DNA of 38,332 nucleotides, taken from the NCBI RefSeq assembly GCF_001194135.2, contig NC_068998.1, positions 8,892,517 through 8,930,848 on the forward strand, given 5' to 3'. Position numbers and translations under genes: made by a program. Positions 11,213-22,199 of the stretch are shown piece by piece (the first letter of the stretch is position 1; each line of letters begins with the position of its first letter). Below the pieces are notes generated by a model. The model ran no database searches. It was not told where the DNA came from and saw only the letters and a program-made list of their open reading frames with translations. The DNA is from Octopus bimaculoides (Eukaryota).

Positions 11213-11800
11213 AAGGCGTATGGCTTAGTGTTTAAGGTGTTGCACTCTTGATTGCAAGATCGTGGGTTCAATTCCCAGACCAGGCGTTGCGTTGTGTTCT
11301 TGAGCAAAGAAATTCATTTCACGTTGCTTTGCGATCATTTCATCATTTGACATGTGGCACCTGTACAGGTAATGTCAATTCGATGGAGGGAATGAGCTTA
11401 TGTCTACACAAACATTTGATCGCTACAGACAAATCACCTGTGTGGTTGTTCGGCAAGAAACTGCCGAACCTTCATACGTGGCCCAACGACGGGAGAGTCC
11501 ATCACATAAATGCTCTATTGCTTGGGATATTGCAACTCACGATTACTAGGTCGTGGGTTCAATACTTGGACCGGGCGGTGCGTTGTGTTCTTGAGCAAAC
11601 CACTTCATCTCACGTTGCTCTGCGATCATTTAGATGTCTGACGCATGACACATTTGTGCACCTGTGCAGGTAATGTCGGTTTGATGGAAAGAGTCAGCTA
11701 ATATACAGCACTTACATTTGGATCGTTATAAACAAATCATTTGTGCTGGTCGTTCTGCAAAAGCTGAACTACTCACAGGTGGTCTTCGACAGGAGATTCC
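11213..11800 (+). mobile_element. Two tandem family D SINE copies
   Basis: TGGCTTAGTG (A-box-like) and GGGTTCAATTCC (B-box-like). The GCGTTGTGTTCTTGAGCAAA...CACGTTGCT..GCGATCA body occurs twice (~11213-11510, ~11520-11800). Confidence 0.75.
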
Positions 11801-12235
11801 ATCGTGTGTGTGTGTGTGTGTATGTATATATTCTTTTTTCTGCGTTTACTTGTCCTGTTTTCCATTTAATTCTCGTTATTTACATATTTAACTCGTTTAT
11901 TTACGTATTTCATGTTATTTGCACCGTTGGTGACGTCTTGTGCCCATATATGCATGTATAACAAAAAACACAATATACAGACACTTATGACATACCATGT
12001 CGTATTAACAATTAAGATTTCAAATATAAAGGACATTTAGCAATTTCTGTCCCTTCTCCAATTGCTAAGTGTCCTTTATATTTGAAATCTTCAAAGAGAA
12101 GTTCGTGGGTGATGAGAGGAGACAGGACCAAACCCATCACTAGTACCCCTCAACAGTACTTTTTTTATTATTCTCTTATACGTTTCAGCCCACAGGCTGT
12201 GACTATGCTAGGGTACCGCTTGTTAAACTTATGGG

Positions 12236-12267
<32 letters not shown>

Positions 12268-12947
12268 CCCATAAGTTTANNNNNNNNNNNNNNNNNNNNN
12301 NNNNNNNNNNNNNNNNNNNNNNNNNNNNNNNNNNNNNNNNNNNNNNNNNNNNNNNNNNNNNNNNNNNNNNNNNNNNNNNNNNNNNNNNNNNNNNNNNNNN
12401 NNNNNNNNNNNNNNNNNNNNNNNNNNNNNNNNNNNNNNNNNNNNNNNNNNNNNNNNNNNNNNNNNNNNNNNNNNNNNNNNNNNNNNNNNNNNNNNNNNNN
12501 NNNNNNNNNNNNNNNNNNNNNNNNNNNNNNNNNNNNNNNNNNNNNNNNNNNNNNNNNNNNNNNNNNNNNNNNNNNNNNNNNNNNNNNNNNNNNNNNNNNN
12601 NNNNNNNNNNNNNNNNNNNNNNNNNNNNNNNNNNNNNNNNNNNNNNNNNNNNNNNNNNNNNNNNNNNNNNNNNNNNNNNNNNNNNNNNNNNNNNNNNNNN
12701 NNNNNNNNNNNNNNNNNNNNNNNNNNNNNNNNNNNNNNNNNNNNNNNNNNNNNNNNNNNNNNNNNNNNNNNNNNNNNNNNNNNNNNNNNNNNNNNNNNNN
12801 NNNNNNNNNNNNTATATTTGACATCGTTAAGCTACGCACTTCTTCCCAAAGGGAATTTCGATAAGCCGATTGTCTCCATGGAAACTCATGGTCTAGCTGC
12901 CAAAAATGCGAATATAAACACCTGCTTACTCGTGTGTGTGTGTGTGT

Positions 12948-13342
12948 TTTATTCTTCTTTCATTCGTTTGACTGCGACCATGCTGGAGCACTGCCCGAAA
13001 TGAGCTTTTTTTTAGACGAAGAAATCGACTTCAGGAGTTATTGTTTGTAAGTGTAGTACTCATTCTGTCGGTCACTTTTTGCCGAAACCGCTACCTTATT
13101 ACAAGGACGCAAACACACCAACATCGGTTGTCCAGCGATGGTGAGGGAGACAGACAACCACACACACATAGACATACATACATGCATACATACATACATA
13201 TGACGGTCTACTTTCAGTTTCCGTCTACCAAATCCATTCACAAGGCTTTGGTCGTCCCAAGGCTATAGTAGAAGACACTGGCCGAAGGTGCCACGCAGTG
13301 GGACTGAACCCGAAACCATGTAATTGGTAAGCAAGCATCTTA

Positions 13343-13345
<3 letters not shown>
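12948..13345 (-). mobile_element. Composite A/B SINE with internal (CA)/(TACA) tract
   Basis: B module at 12948-13160, microsatellite, then A head at 13201-13345. Confidence 0.85.
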
Positions 13346-13386
<41 letters not shown>

Positions 13387-14381
13387 CCACATACATACAT
13401 ACATACATACATACATATGCAAACATGCATAGTTACTTCANNNNNNNNNNNNNNNNNNNNNNNNNNNNNNNNNNNNNNNNNNNNNNNNNNNNNNNNNNNN
13501 NNNNNNNNNNNNNNNNNNNNNNNNNNNNNNNNNNNNNNNNNNNNNNNNNNNNNNNNNNNNNNNNNNNNNNNNNNNNNNNNNNNNNNNNNNNNNNNNNNNN
13601 NNNNNNNNNNNNNNNNNNNNNNNNNNNNNNNNNNNNNNNNNNNNNNNNNNNNNNNNNNNNNNNNNNNNNNNNNNNNNNNNNNNNNNNNNNNNNNNNNNNN
13701 NNNNNNNNNNNNNNNNNNNNNNNNNNNNNNNNNNNNNNNNNNNNNNNNNNNNNNNNNNNNNNNNNNNNNNNNNNNNNNNNNNNNNNNNNNNNNNNNNNNN
13801 NNNNNNNNNNNNNNNNNNNNNNNNNNNNNNNNNNNNNNNNNNNNNNNNNNNNNNNNNNNNNNNNNNNNNNNNNNNNNNNNNNNNNNNNNNNNNNNNNNNN
13901 NNNNNNNNNNNNNNNNNNNNNNNNNNNNNNNNNNNNNNNNNNNNNNNNNNNNNNNNNNNNNNNNNNNNNNNNNNNNNNNNNNNNNNNNNNNNNNNNNNNN
14001 NNNNNNNNNNNNNNNNNNNNNNNNNNNNNNNNNNNNNNNNNNNNNNNNNNNNNNNNNNNNNNNNNNNNNNNNNNNNNNNNNNNNNNNNNNNNNNNNNNNN
14101 NNNNNNNNNNNNNNNNNNNNNNNNNNNNNNNNNNNNNNNNNNNNNNNNNNNNNNNNNNNNNNNNNNNNNNNNNNNNNNNNNNNNNNNNNNNNNNNNNNNN
14201 NNNNNNNNNNNNNNNNNNNNNNNNNNNNNNNNNNNNNNNNNNNNNNNNNNNNNNNNNNNNNNNNNNNNNNNNNNNNNNNNNNNNNNNNNNNNNNNNNNNN
14301 NNNNNNNNNNNNNNNNNNNNNNNNNNNNNNNNNNNNNNNNNNNNNNNNNNNNNNNNNNNNNNNNNNNNNNNNNNNNNNATC

Positions 14382-14487
14382 TACTTTTGTTTTCATGACG
14401 TGTCAAAGGCGACATTTGCTTTGAATTTGGTGAAAAGTGAAACTTCAAAGCAAATGTCGCCTTCGACACGTCATGAAAACAAAAGTA
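14382..14487. repeat. Near-perfect 44-bp-arm inverted repeat
   Basis: 14382-14425 versus 14444-14487 has 43/44 complementary positions and an 18-nt spacer. Confidence 0.95.
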
Positions 14488-14704
14488 AATAAATGAAAGT
14501 TTTTTTTTTTGTTTTACAGAAATTCTTGAACAACCAACTGTAAACAGCGATAAGTCTGAAACCAAAATCAATTGATTGCCAACCATGCTGAGATTTGAAT
14601 TTGGAACATGAGCCATAACTAAATACAGCAAAGCGTGTTTTCCGATGCTTATAGCGATTCCACTGGCTCACTGCCTCTTAATGATGCCTAATATAGAAAC
14701 ATGT

Positions 14705-14908
14705 TAAGGGTGGTGAGCGGGCAAAATCATTAGCTTAGTGGCATTTCATCTGACACCATGTTCTGAGTTCAAATTCTGCAAAAGTTGATTTTGCCTTTCA
14801 TTCTTTCGGGGGTTCAATAAATTAAGAACCAGTTGAACACTGGGGTTGATGTAATCAACTTACCCCTCCTCCAAAATTGCTGGCCTTGTGCCAAAATCTG
14901 AAACCAAT
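14705..14908 (+). mobile_element. Family C SINE, near full length
   Basis: GGTGGTGAGC.GGCA.AATC.TTAGC...GTTCTGAGTTCAAATTCTGC...GGGGTTGATGTAATCAACT...GCTGGCCTTGTGCCAAAA. Confidence 0.8.
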
Positions 14909-14909
14909 A

Positions 14910-15030
14910 AAAGTTTCATCTGAATCCATCCAGCGGTTCTTGAGATATCTTGTCCACGGACAAACAAACAAACGAACAAACAAAGACGACTGAAAACAAT
15001 ACCTCCGCTTTCGCTAAGGTGGAGGTGATA
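14910..15030 (+). mobile_element. 3' end resembling a non-autonomous Helentron/HINE-type element
   Basis: (CAAA)n microsatellite, then GAAAACAAT-ACCTCCGC(TTTCGCTAAG)GTGGAGGT-GATAA. This terminal hairpin resembles the AAAACATAACCTCC..GGCGGAGGTAAT end of HINE-like elements (recalled, not searched). Confidence 0.5.
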
Positions 15031-15134
15031 ATCTTTTCTACTAATAAGTACAAGGCCTGAAGTTTTGGGGAAGGGGATTAGTCGATTATATCAACCCCCA
15101 GCATGTGACTAGTACCTCTATTTTTTTTCTTTTT

Positions 15135-15705
15135 TTTCTACTCTAGGCACAAGGCCCAAAATTTTTGTTAGGGTGGGGGCCAGTCAATTAGATCGACCCC
15201 AGTACACAACTGACACTTAATTTATTGACCTCGAAAAGATGAAAGGCAAAGTCGACCTCGGCGGAATTTGAACTCAGAACGTAAAGAGAGACGAAATACT
15301 GCTAAGCATTTCGCCCGGCGTGCTAACGTTTCTTATTTCTTTATTGTCCACAAGGAGATAAACACAGAGGGAACAAACAAGGGCAGACAAAGGGATTAAG
15401 TCGATTACATCGACCCCAGTGCGTAACTGGTACTTAATTTATCGACTCCGAAAGGATGAAAGGCAAAGTCGACCTCGGCGGAATTTGAACTCAGAATGTA
15501 AAGACAGACGAAATACCGCTAAGCATTTCGCCCGGCGAGCTAACGTTTCTGTCCGCTCGCTACCTTAGTACTTATATGATTGACCCCAAAAGGACAAAAG
15601 GCAAAGTCAGCCTCAACAGTATTTGAACTCAGAAAGTGAGAATGGATGAAATGTTGCCAAGCATTTCGACTGACGTGTTAACGATTCTGTCAGCTCTCCA
15701 TCTTT
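15135..15705 (-). mobile_element. Three tandem family C SINE copies
   Basis: GAAAGGCAAAGTCGACCTCGGCGGAATTTGAACTCAGAA occurs at ~15241 and ~15456, with a diverged third copy at ~15595. Confidence 0.9.
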
Positions 15706-15719
15706 CTACTTTTGATGGT

Positions 15720-15946
15720 TACTTGTTTCAGTCGTTGGACTGTAGCCATGCTGGGGCACCACCTTCAAAAGGGTAGCCAAACAAATTGACGCCCAGTTCT
15801 TGGTTTCTTTTTAAGACTTTTACTTATTCGAGTGGCCCTTTTTTTGCCAATCCGCTAAGTTACGGGAGACATAAACAAACCAACACAGGCTCTCAAACAG
15901 TTGTAAGAGACAAATACAAACAAAATGCCACACACATAGATATACA

Positions 15947-15984
<38 letters not shown>

Positions 15985-16380
15985 GGCACTGGCATGGTTG
16001 TGTGGTAAGAGGCTTGCTTCCGAACCACATGATTCTGGGTTCAGTCCCACTGTGTGGCACATTGGTCAAGTGCCTTCTCCTATAGCCTTGAGCCAACGAA
16101 AGCCTTGAGTCAAATTGATGGACGGAAACTGAAAGAAGCCCCATTGTGTACATGTATTCATGTGTGTGTGTCTTTGTGTCTGTGTCTGTCATCCCCCACC
16201 GCCAACACTTGACAACTGATGTTAGTGTGTTTATATTCCTGTAACTTAACAGTTCAGCAAAAGAGACCAATATAATAAGTACTAGGTTTGCAAAGTATAA
16301 GTCCTCGGGTTGATTTGTTTGACTAAAGGTGGTGCTCCAGCATGGCTGCAGTCAAATGACTGAAATAAGTAAAAGAATGA
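15720..16380. mobile_element. Minus-strand B module (15720-15930) followed by a plus-strand full A/B SINE (15985-16380)
   Basis: Both modules are recognisable from other copies, and the two B modules are in inverted orientation. Confidence 0.8.
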
Positions 16381-16495
16381 AAGATCTTTATTTGATGAAC
16401 TTCTTTCAGTCTCTGTCTATCAAAACCATTGCCTTGCACTAAGGTTGAACCCAGGACCATGTGACTGGGAAGCAAACTTCTTACCACACAGCCAT

Positions 16496-16528
<33 letters not shown>

Positions 16529-16805
16529 GAAGAAAGAGAGTTTTTCTAATTAGTTCAACATTGATGTTTTCATACACTTGCAGTTGTTGAAAAGAAGCAG
16601 TGTCTTCATTAGATGTAAACTTAACATTTTAAATTAATTAACCAATTAATTTATTAATTGATTTTAATTTTGTTACATTGGAAATTTTTTTCTATTCACT
16701 GTTTTTTAATTCCTGTTATTTGAAAGGCATCGATGATGTGTGTGTGTGTGTACGTGCATGCGTGTGTATGTATGTGTTTGAGCATGCGTATGTGTGTGTG
16801 TGAGA

Positions 16806-16836
<31 letters not shown>

Positions 16837-16959
16837 TATATAAGTATATACATACATATATTCAGAGAGAGAGGGAAGGAGTGAGAGAGAGAGAGAATGC
16901 GATACAATGTTTATTGAGTACTTTTTCTCTTTTGATCACCCAAATGTATATGCACACAC

Positions 16960-17459
16960 ACACACACGTGTGTATGTATATATATATATGTATGTATGTA
17001 TATGTATGTATATATATATATGTGTGTATGTATATATATATATGTATGTGTATGTATATATATGTATGTGTATGTATATATATGTATGTGTATGTATATA
17101 TATATGTATGTGTATGTATATATATGTATGTGTATGTATATATATATATGTGTGTATGTATATATATATATGTATGTGTATGTATATATATATATGTATG
17201 TGTATGTATATATANNNNNNNNNNNNNNNNNNNNNNNNNNNNNNNNNNNNNNNNNNNNNNNNNNNNNNNNNNNNNNNNNNNNNNNNNNNNNNNNNNNNNN
17301 NNNNNNATATATGTGTGTATATATGTGTATATATGTATATATATATATATATACATATATATGTGTGTATGTATATATGTATGTGTATGTATGTATATAT
17401 ATATATATATATGTGTATGTATATATATATATATATATGTGTGTATATATGTGTATATA

Positions 17460-17490
<31 letters not shown>

Positions 17491-17536
17491 GTGTGTATGT
17501 ATATATGTATGTGTATGTATGTATATATATATATAT
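16960..17536. repeat. Minisatellite-like array of TATGTGTATGTA(TA)n units (contains an N gap)
   Basis: Recurrent TATGTGTATG separated by variable (TA)n. Confidence 0.9.
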
Positions 17537-17909
17537 CGGTCGATATTGTTCGTGTTGTCCTCACTGCTGGAATTCAAATTCCGACTGTAGACTTACATGT
17601 CATTAATCAGCTGTTTACTTTGTTTATGACTAGAATATGTCAGCAGGGTGTGTGTGTGTGTATGTGTGTCTGTTTATTTGAGTATTGTGCTCTGGGCATA
17701 TGTATTACTTACATCATCAACTGCTTGTTGTTAGCGGTGGGCAATTCTGGAGAGAATTATAGCTGTGCTGTTATCTAAAATATTTTCCTAGTTATTTGTA
17801 TTGTGTCATGTGTAATACAGACTTAGCGGAGTTGATAAAGTTGTTGGTTAATGCAGAACAGCCACCTAGAAGTTCTGAGTTCAATCGCACACATGGCACT
17901 AAGGTAATG

Positions 17910-18055
17910 TGGTGTGTGGCTTAGTGGTTAGGGTGTTGGACTCATGATCGTAAGATTGTGGTTTCGATTCCTGGACCAGGTGACGCATTGTGTTCTTCAG
18001 CAAAATACTTTATTTCACATTGCTCCAGTCCACTCAGCTGGCAAAAATGAGTAAT
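17910..18055 (+). mobile_element. Family D SINE
   Basis: TGGCTTAGTGGTTAGGG (A box), GGTTTCGATTCC (B box), TTTCACATTGCTCCAGTCCACTCAGCTGGCAAAAATGAGTA. Confidence 0.8.
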
Positions 18056-18584
18056 TCTGTGATTGACCAGTGTTCCGTCCATGTGGGGGAATATCTATGT
18101 CACAAAACCTGGCAAACTGACCCGGGTGAATTGGTTTGACTGGAGAAGATAACTTTACCTTTTTTTTATACTTTGTTAAGGTAATTCGCAAAAAATAATG
18201 AACTGAAGGTAAAAAAATGTCATTAAATGCAGTGAGCTGGGTGAGAGCAGCATACCTGTCCCGGATCAAATAATGGGTTAGCTTTGAAATTCCGAAACGA
18301 CAACTGAATTCAACACAAGACACCTGAAGAGGGCTGGAGCATACAACAGGTGAAATGGAGTGAAAGCAACAATCAGGATGAGGCCACCACCTGGCTATTA
18401 TAAACAGTATACACAATTCATTGGATTTCCTCATACCTGTAAATGCATATGGAGATGATGAGGGGGTGGGATCATACATGGAATGTATCAGTTAAGAGTC
18501 ATGAAGTTTACAATTTTCCTGTTTGCGATTGAACTTATAAATCATATTGTTGATCGGTAGCTTGTTGATAGGTCGATATCTGAA

Positions 18585-18905
18585 GACACATGGCTTAGTG
18601 GTTCCAGTACTTGTCTCACTATTGTAAGTTCATGAGTTCAATTCCTGGCAGCAAGTTGTATCCTTGAGCAAGATACTTTATTTCACATTGCTCCAGTCCA
18701 TTTGGTTGGTAAAAATGAGTTGTACCTGTAATTCAAAGGGGCCAGTCTTGTCACATTCTGTGTCATACTGAATCGCCCTCAGAACTATACTAAGGGCACA
18801 CGTGTCTGTGGAGTGCTCAGCCACTTGCACGTTAATTTTGTGAGCAGGCTGTTCCGTTGATTGGATCAACTGGAAAACTCGTTGTCGTAATCAACAACAT
18901 GCCAG
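18585..18905 (+). mobile_element. Family D SINE with extended 3' body
   Basis: TGGCTTAGTGGTT, GAGTTCAATTCC, CACATTGCTCCAGTCCA; the body matches 10045-10275 in reverse. Confidence 0.8.
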
Positions 18906-18974
18906 GTTGATTTGCACATGGTTTGTCATCAAGAGAAGGTATTTCTTTTTCTTTTAGTGTTTTGGTAGTTGTAG

Positions 18975-19150
18975 TTGCAGGCATGGCTATGTGGTGATGA
19001 TGCTTGTTTCTCAACCCTATGGTTTTAGGTTCAATCTCATTGCACAGAACCTGGTGGGCGGGGGCAAGTGTCTTCAGCTATAACCTCATATATATTAATA
19101 GATTAATACCTTGTGAGTGGATTTGGTAGATAGAAACACAAAGAAGCCTG
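18975..19150 (+). mobile_element. Family A SINE head, degenerate
   Basis: GCAGGCATGGCTATGTGG...GGCAAGTGTCTTC...CCTTGTGAGTGGATTTGGTAGA.AGAAAC..AAAGAAGCC. Confidence 0.75.
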
Positions 19151-19463
19151 TTGTATATGCATACATATATATTAGTATTAATCATAAGGGCACACGAATA
19201 TGCCTGCCTACTAGAAACAAGAATGGGTCGAAACGACCGTTGTACAAAATAAAGATCTATCTTCCGGTTACTTAAGAAATTATTATTATCATCTCAACTA
19301 ACACTGCAGAGTTCCTGAAGTAGATCCAACGGAAATATCAAATGACAGTCGTTGACACCAGGTAACCCAAACTGTGCCAGTGCTCTACTCAACACTTAAA
19401 AACACTAATCAACATATACCCATTAGTCTAAAATGTTAAATATGTACACATTGATATATACAT

Positions 19464-19790
19464 AAAGGTAAAGGATAAAGAACCTCTTCGGTCATGAACG
19501 ACCACTGGCAGCAAGCTTTTCACGTGCCACCGGCACAAGTGCCAGTAAGACCACGCTGGTAACGATCACGCTCAAATGGTGCTATTTACGTGCCAGTGGC
19601 ACAGAAGCCAGACAGCTGCTCTGGCAATGATCACGCTCGGTCGGTGCTCGTGCCATCACGATTTCAATTTCACTTGCCCCAACAGGTCTTCGCAGGCCGA
19701 GTTTAGTGTCCAATGAAGGAGAGGTCAGTATGGGTGCCAGTCATCGAATTTGGTTCGATTTCGATTTCACTAGCCAGGAAACATGTAGCC
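19464..19790 (-). mobile_element. Element with family-F-type repeat units and an (ACCTTT)-like tail
   Basis: The plus strand begins AAAGGTAAAGG, the reverse of an ACCTTT-type tail as seen in RTE-mobilised elements. It contains TTCACGTGCCACCGGCAC and TTTACGTGCCAGTGGCAC, the reverse of the unit in the 38068 array. Confidence 0.55.
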
Positions 19791-20097
19791 TGAATTTTAC
19801 TTACTCTACTCTCTCAATTTAGATTTTCATTCACATTCACAGGGACTCGAGTTGCTAACCATGAGGTATAAAAAAATTTCTTTCAGCTTATCAAACTTCA
19901 ATATATGGGAAAAACCTACAAATTTCGATGGCAATAAATTATTGTTGTTCCTGAATGTTCTTTGTTATGCCTACCACTGACTGCTTGAAACTGACAAACT
20001 TCCTACACTTTGATCCTTGGATGTTATAATTATATATTGATGTGTCTGTATTCCAGTATGGAAGGCTGACGTTGAACGTTCTTGATGATGATGATGA

Positions 20098-20134
<37 letters not shown>

Positions 20135-20283
20135 ATATTGGTTAGCCATAGGAAAGGCATCCAGCTGTAGAAACCATGCCAAATCAAACTGAAATCTGAT
20201 ACAACTCCCCAGTTTGCCAGCTCTGGTCAAACGGTCCAACCCATGCCAGTAAGGAAAGTGGACATTAAAGGATGATGATGATG
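20135..20283 (+). mobile_element. Family F element, 3' part with (GAT)n tail
   Basis: AGGAAAGGCATCCAGCTGTAGAAAC...CCAACCCATGCCAG...GGACATTAAA.GATGATGATGATG. Confidence 0.8.
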
Positions 20284-20370
20284 TATATAATGTGTGTGTA
20301 TTTGTATGTCTGTATTATATACATGTGCATGTATATTATATATATGTATATATTTATATATATTCATATT

Positions 20371-20745
20371 CTTTTACTTGTTTCAGTCATTTGACTGTGG
20401 CCATGCTGGAGCACCGCCTTTTAGTCGAACAAATTGACCCCAGGACTTATTCTTTGTAGGCCTAGTACTTATTCTGTCGGTCTCTTATGCCGAACCACTA
20501 AGTTACAGGGACGTAAACACACCAGCATCGGTTATCAAGTGATGAGGGGAGGGGCAAACACAGACACACAAGCATGTACATATTTATATGACAGGCTTCT
20601 TTCAGTTTCCGCCTACCAAATCCAGTCATAAGGCTTTGGTTGGCCCGAGGCTATAGTAAAAGACACTTGCCCAAGGTGCCACGAAGTGGGAATGAACCCG
20701 GAACCATGTAGTTGATAAGTAAGCTACTCACCACACAACCACGCG
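20371..20745 (-). mobile_element. Full composite A/B SINE (left arm of a head-to-head pair)
   Basis: B tail CTTTTACTTGTTTCAGTC at 20371 and A head at 20589-20745. Confidence 0.9.
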
Positions 20746-20797
20746 TTACTCACACATTTACATTATATACACACATCATATAAACTCACACATATAT

Positions 20798-21180
20798 GCA
20801 GGAGTAGCTGTGGGGTAAGTAGCTTGCTTCGCAACCACATGGTTCTGGGTTCACTCCCACTGCGTGGCACCTTGGGCAAGTGTCTTCTACTATAGCCTCG
20901 AGCAAAAGCCTTGTGAGTGGATGAAGTAGACGGAAACTGAAAGAAGCCCGTCGTATATCAATATACATACATACATGTGTGTCTGTGTTAGTTCCCCCCA
21001 CCATCGCTTGACAACCGATGTTGGTGTGCTTCCGTCCCTGTCAATTAGCGGTTCGGCAAAAGAGGCCGATAGAATAAGTACTAGGCTTACAAAGAATAAG
21101 TCCTGGGGTCGATTTGTTTGACTAAAGGCAGAGCTCCAGCATGGCCGCGGTCAGGTGACCTAAACAAATAGGAGTAAAAG
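20798..21180 (+). mobile_element. Full composite A/B SINE (right arm of a head-to-head pair)
   Basis: GCAGGAGTAGCTGTGGGGTAAGTAGCTTGC head, internal (TACA)/(TG) tract, B module ending GGAGTAAAAG. Confidence 0.9.
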
Positions 21181-21749
21181 ATATATATATATATATATAT
21201 ANNNNNNNNNNNNNNNNNNNNNNNNNNNNNNNNNNNNNNNNNNNNNNNNNNNNNNNNNTAACTATTTTACATATGTTCATATTTTAAAGAAATTCACATT
21301 CAAATATTGATTTGCATGTATGCGCACCTACATACATACACATGTGAGGTACATATAAATCATTGTATTGATATAATACATCAAAAATATATACATACAC
21401 ATAGCCATACACACAGACATACACACACACAGATTCACATAAATGCAAATACACCCCTGCACACATATTCACATAAATAGAAATACATACACATACATAT
21501 ATATATATTAAGACACTCCAAATATTTTTTTTTTCTCTCTTTCAAGACTGAAGCGAATATCAATAACAGTCAATTGAAAAATAAACAGTATATATATAAA
21601 AATTCATGCAATAAATACGCAAGCACGCGTTCCGATTAAGTAGAAAATAGATCTGATTAAAAGCAGATATTGTAATAAAGCGAAAACCTAAGCAATGCAA
21701 AGCAAAGTCAAGCTACCTTTTAAGCCGACTACTGCTCAGGTAAACAAAT

Positions 21750-21839
21750 TCTCACACACATACACATTCATATATATATAAATATATATAATATACACAC
21801 ATTCATATATATATAAATATATACAATATACACACATTC

Positions 21840-21884
<45 letters not shown>

Positions 21885-22011
21885 TTTATTTATATATATA
21901 TATATATAAACATATACAATATACACACACATTCATATATATTTATATATATAAATGTATACAATATACACACACACATTCATATATATAAATATATACA
22001 AAATACACACA

Positions 22012-22054
<43 letters not shown>

Positions 22055-22166
22055 TATTTATGTATATATAAATATATACAATATACACACATTCATATAT
22101 ATATAAATATATACAATATACACACACATTCATATATATATAAATATATACAAAATACACACATTC

Positions 22167-22199
<33 letters not shown>

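Noticed and set aside
12224-12279. Perfect palindrome TAAACTTATGGGT-(TA)n-ACCCATAAGTTTA
   Set aside because: It is centred on self-complementary (TA)n and ends at a gap edge, so it is most likely a strand-flip assembly artefact. Long reads are needed to treat it as real.
19226-19250. GGTCGAAACGACC..AATAAA as a hammerhead/Penelope end
   Set aside because: No CUGANGA box upstream; it is only a small self-hairpin.
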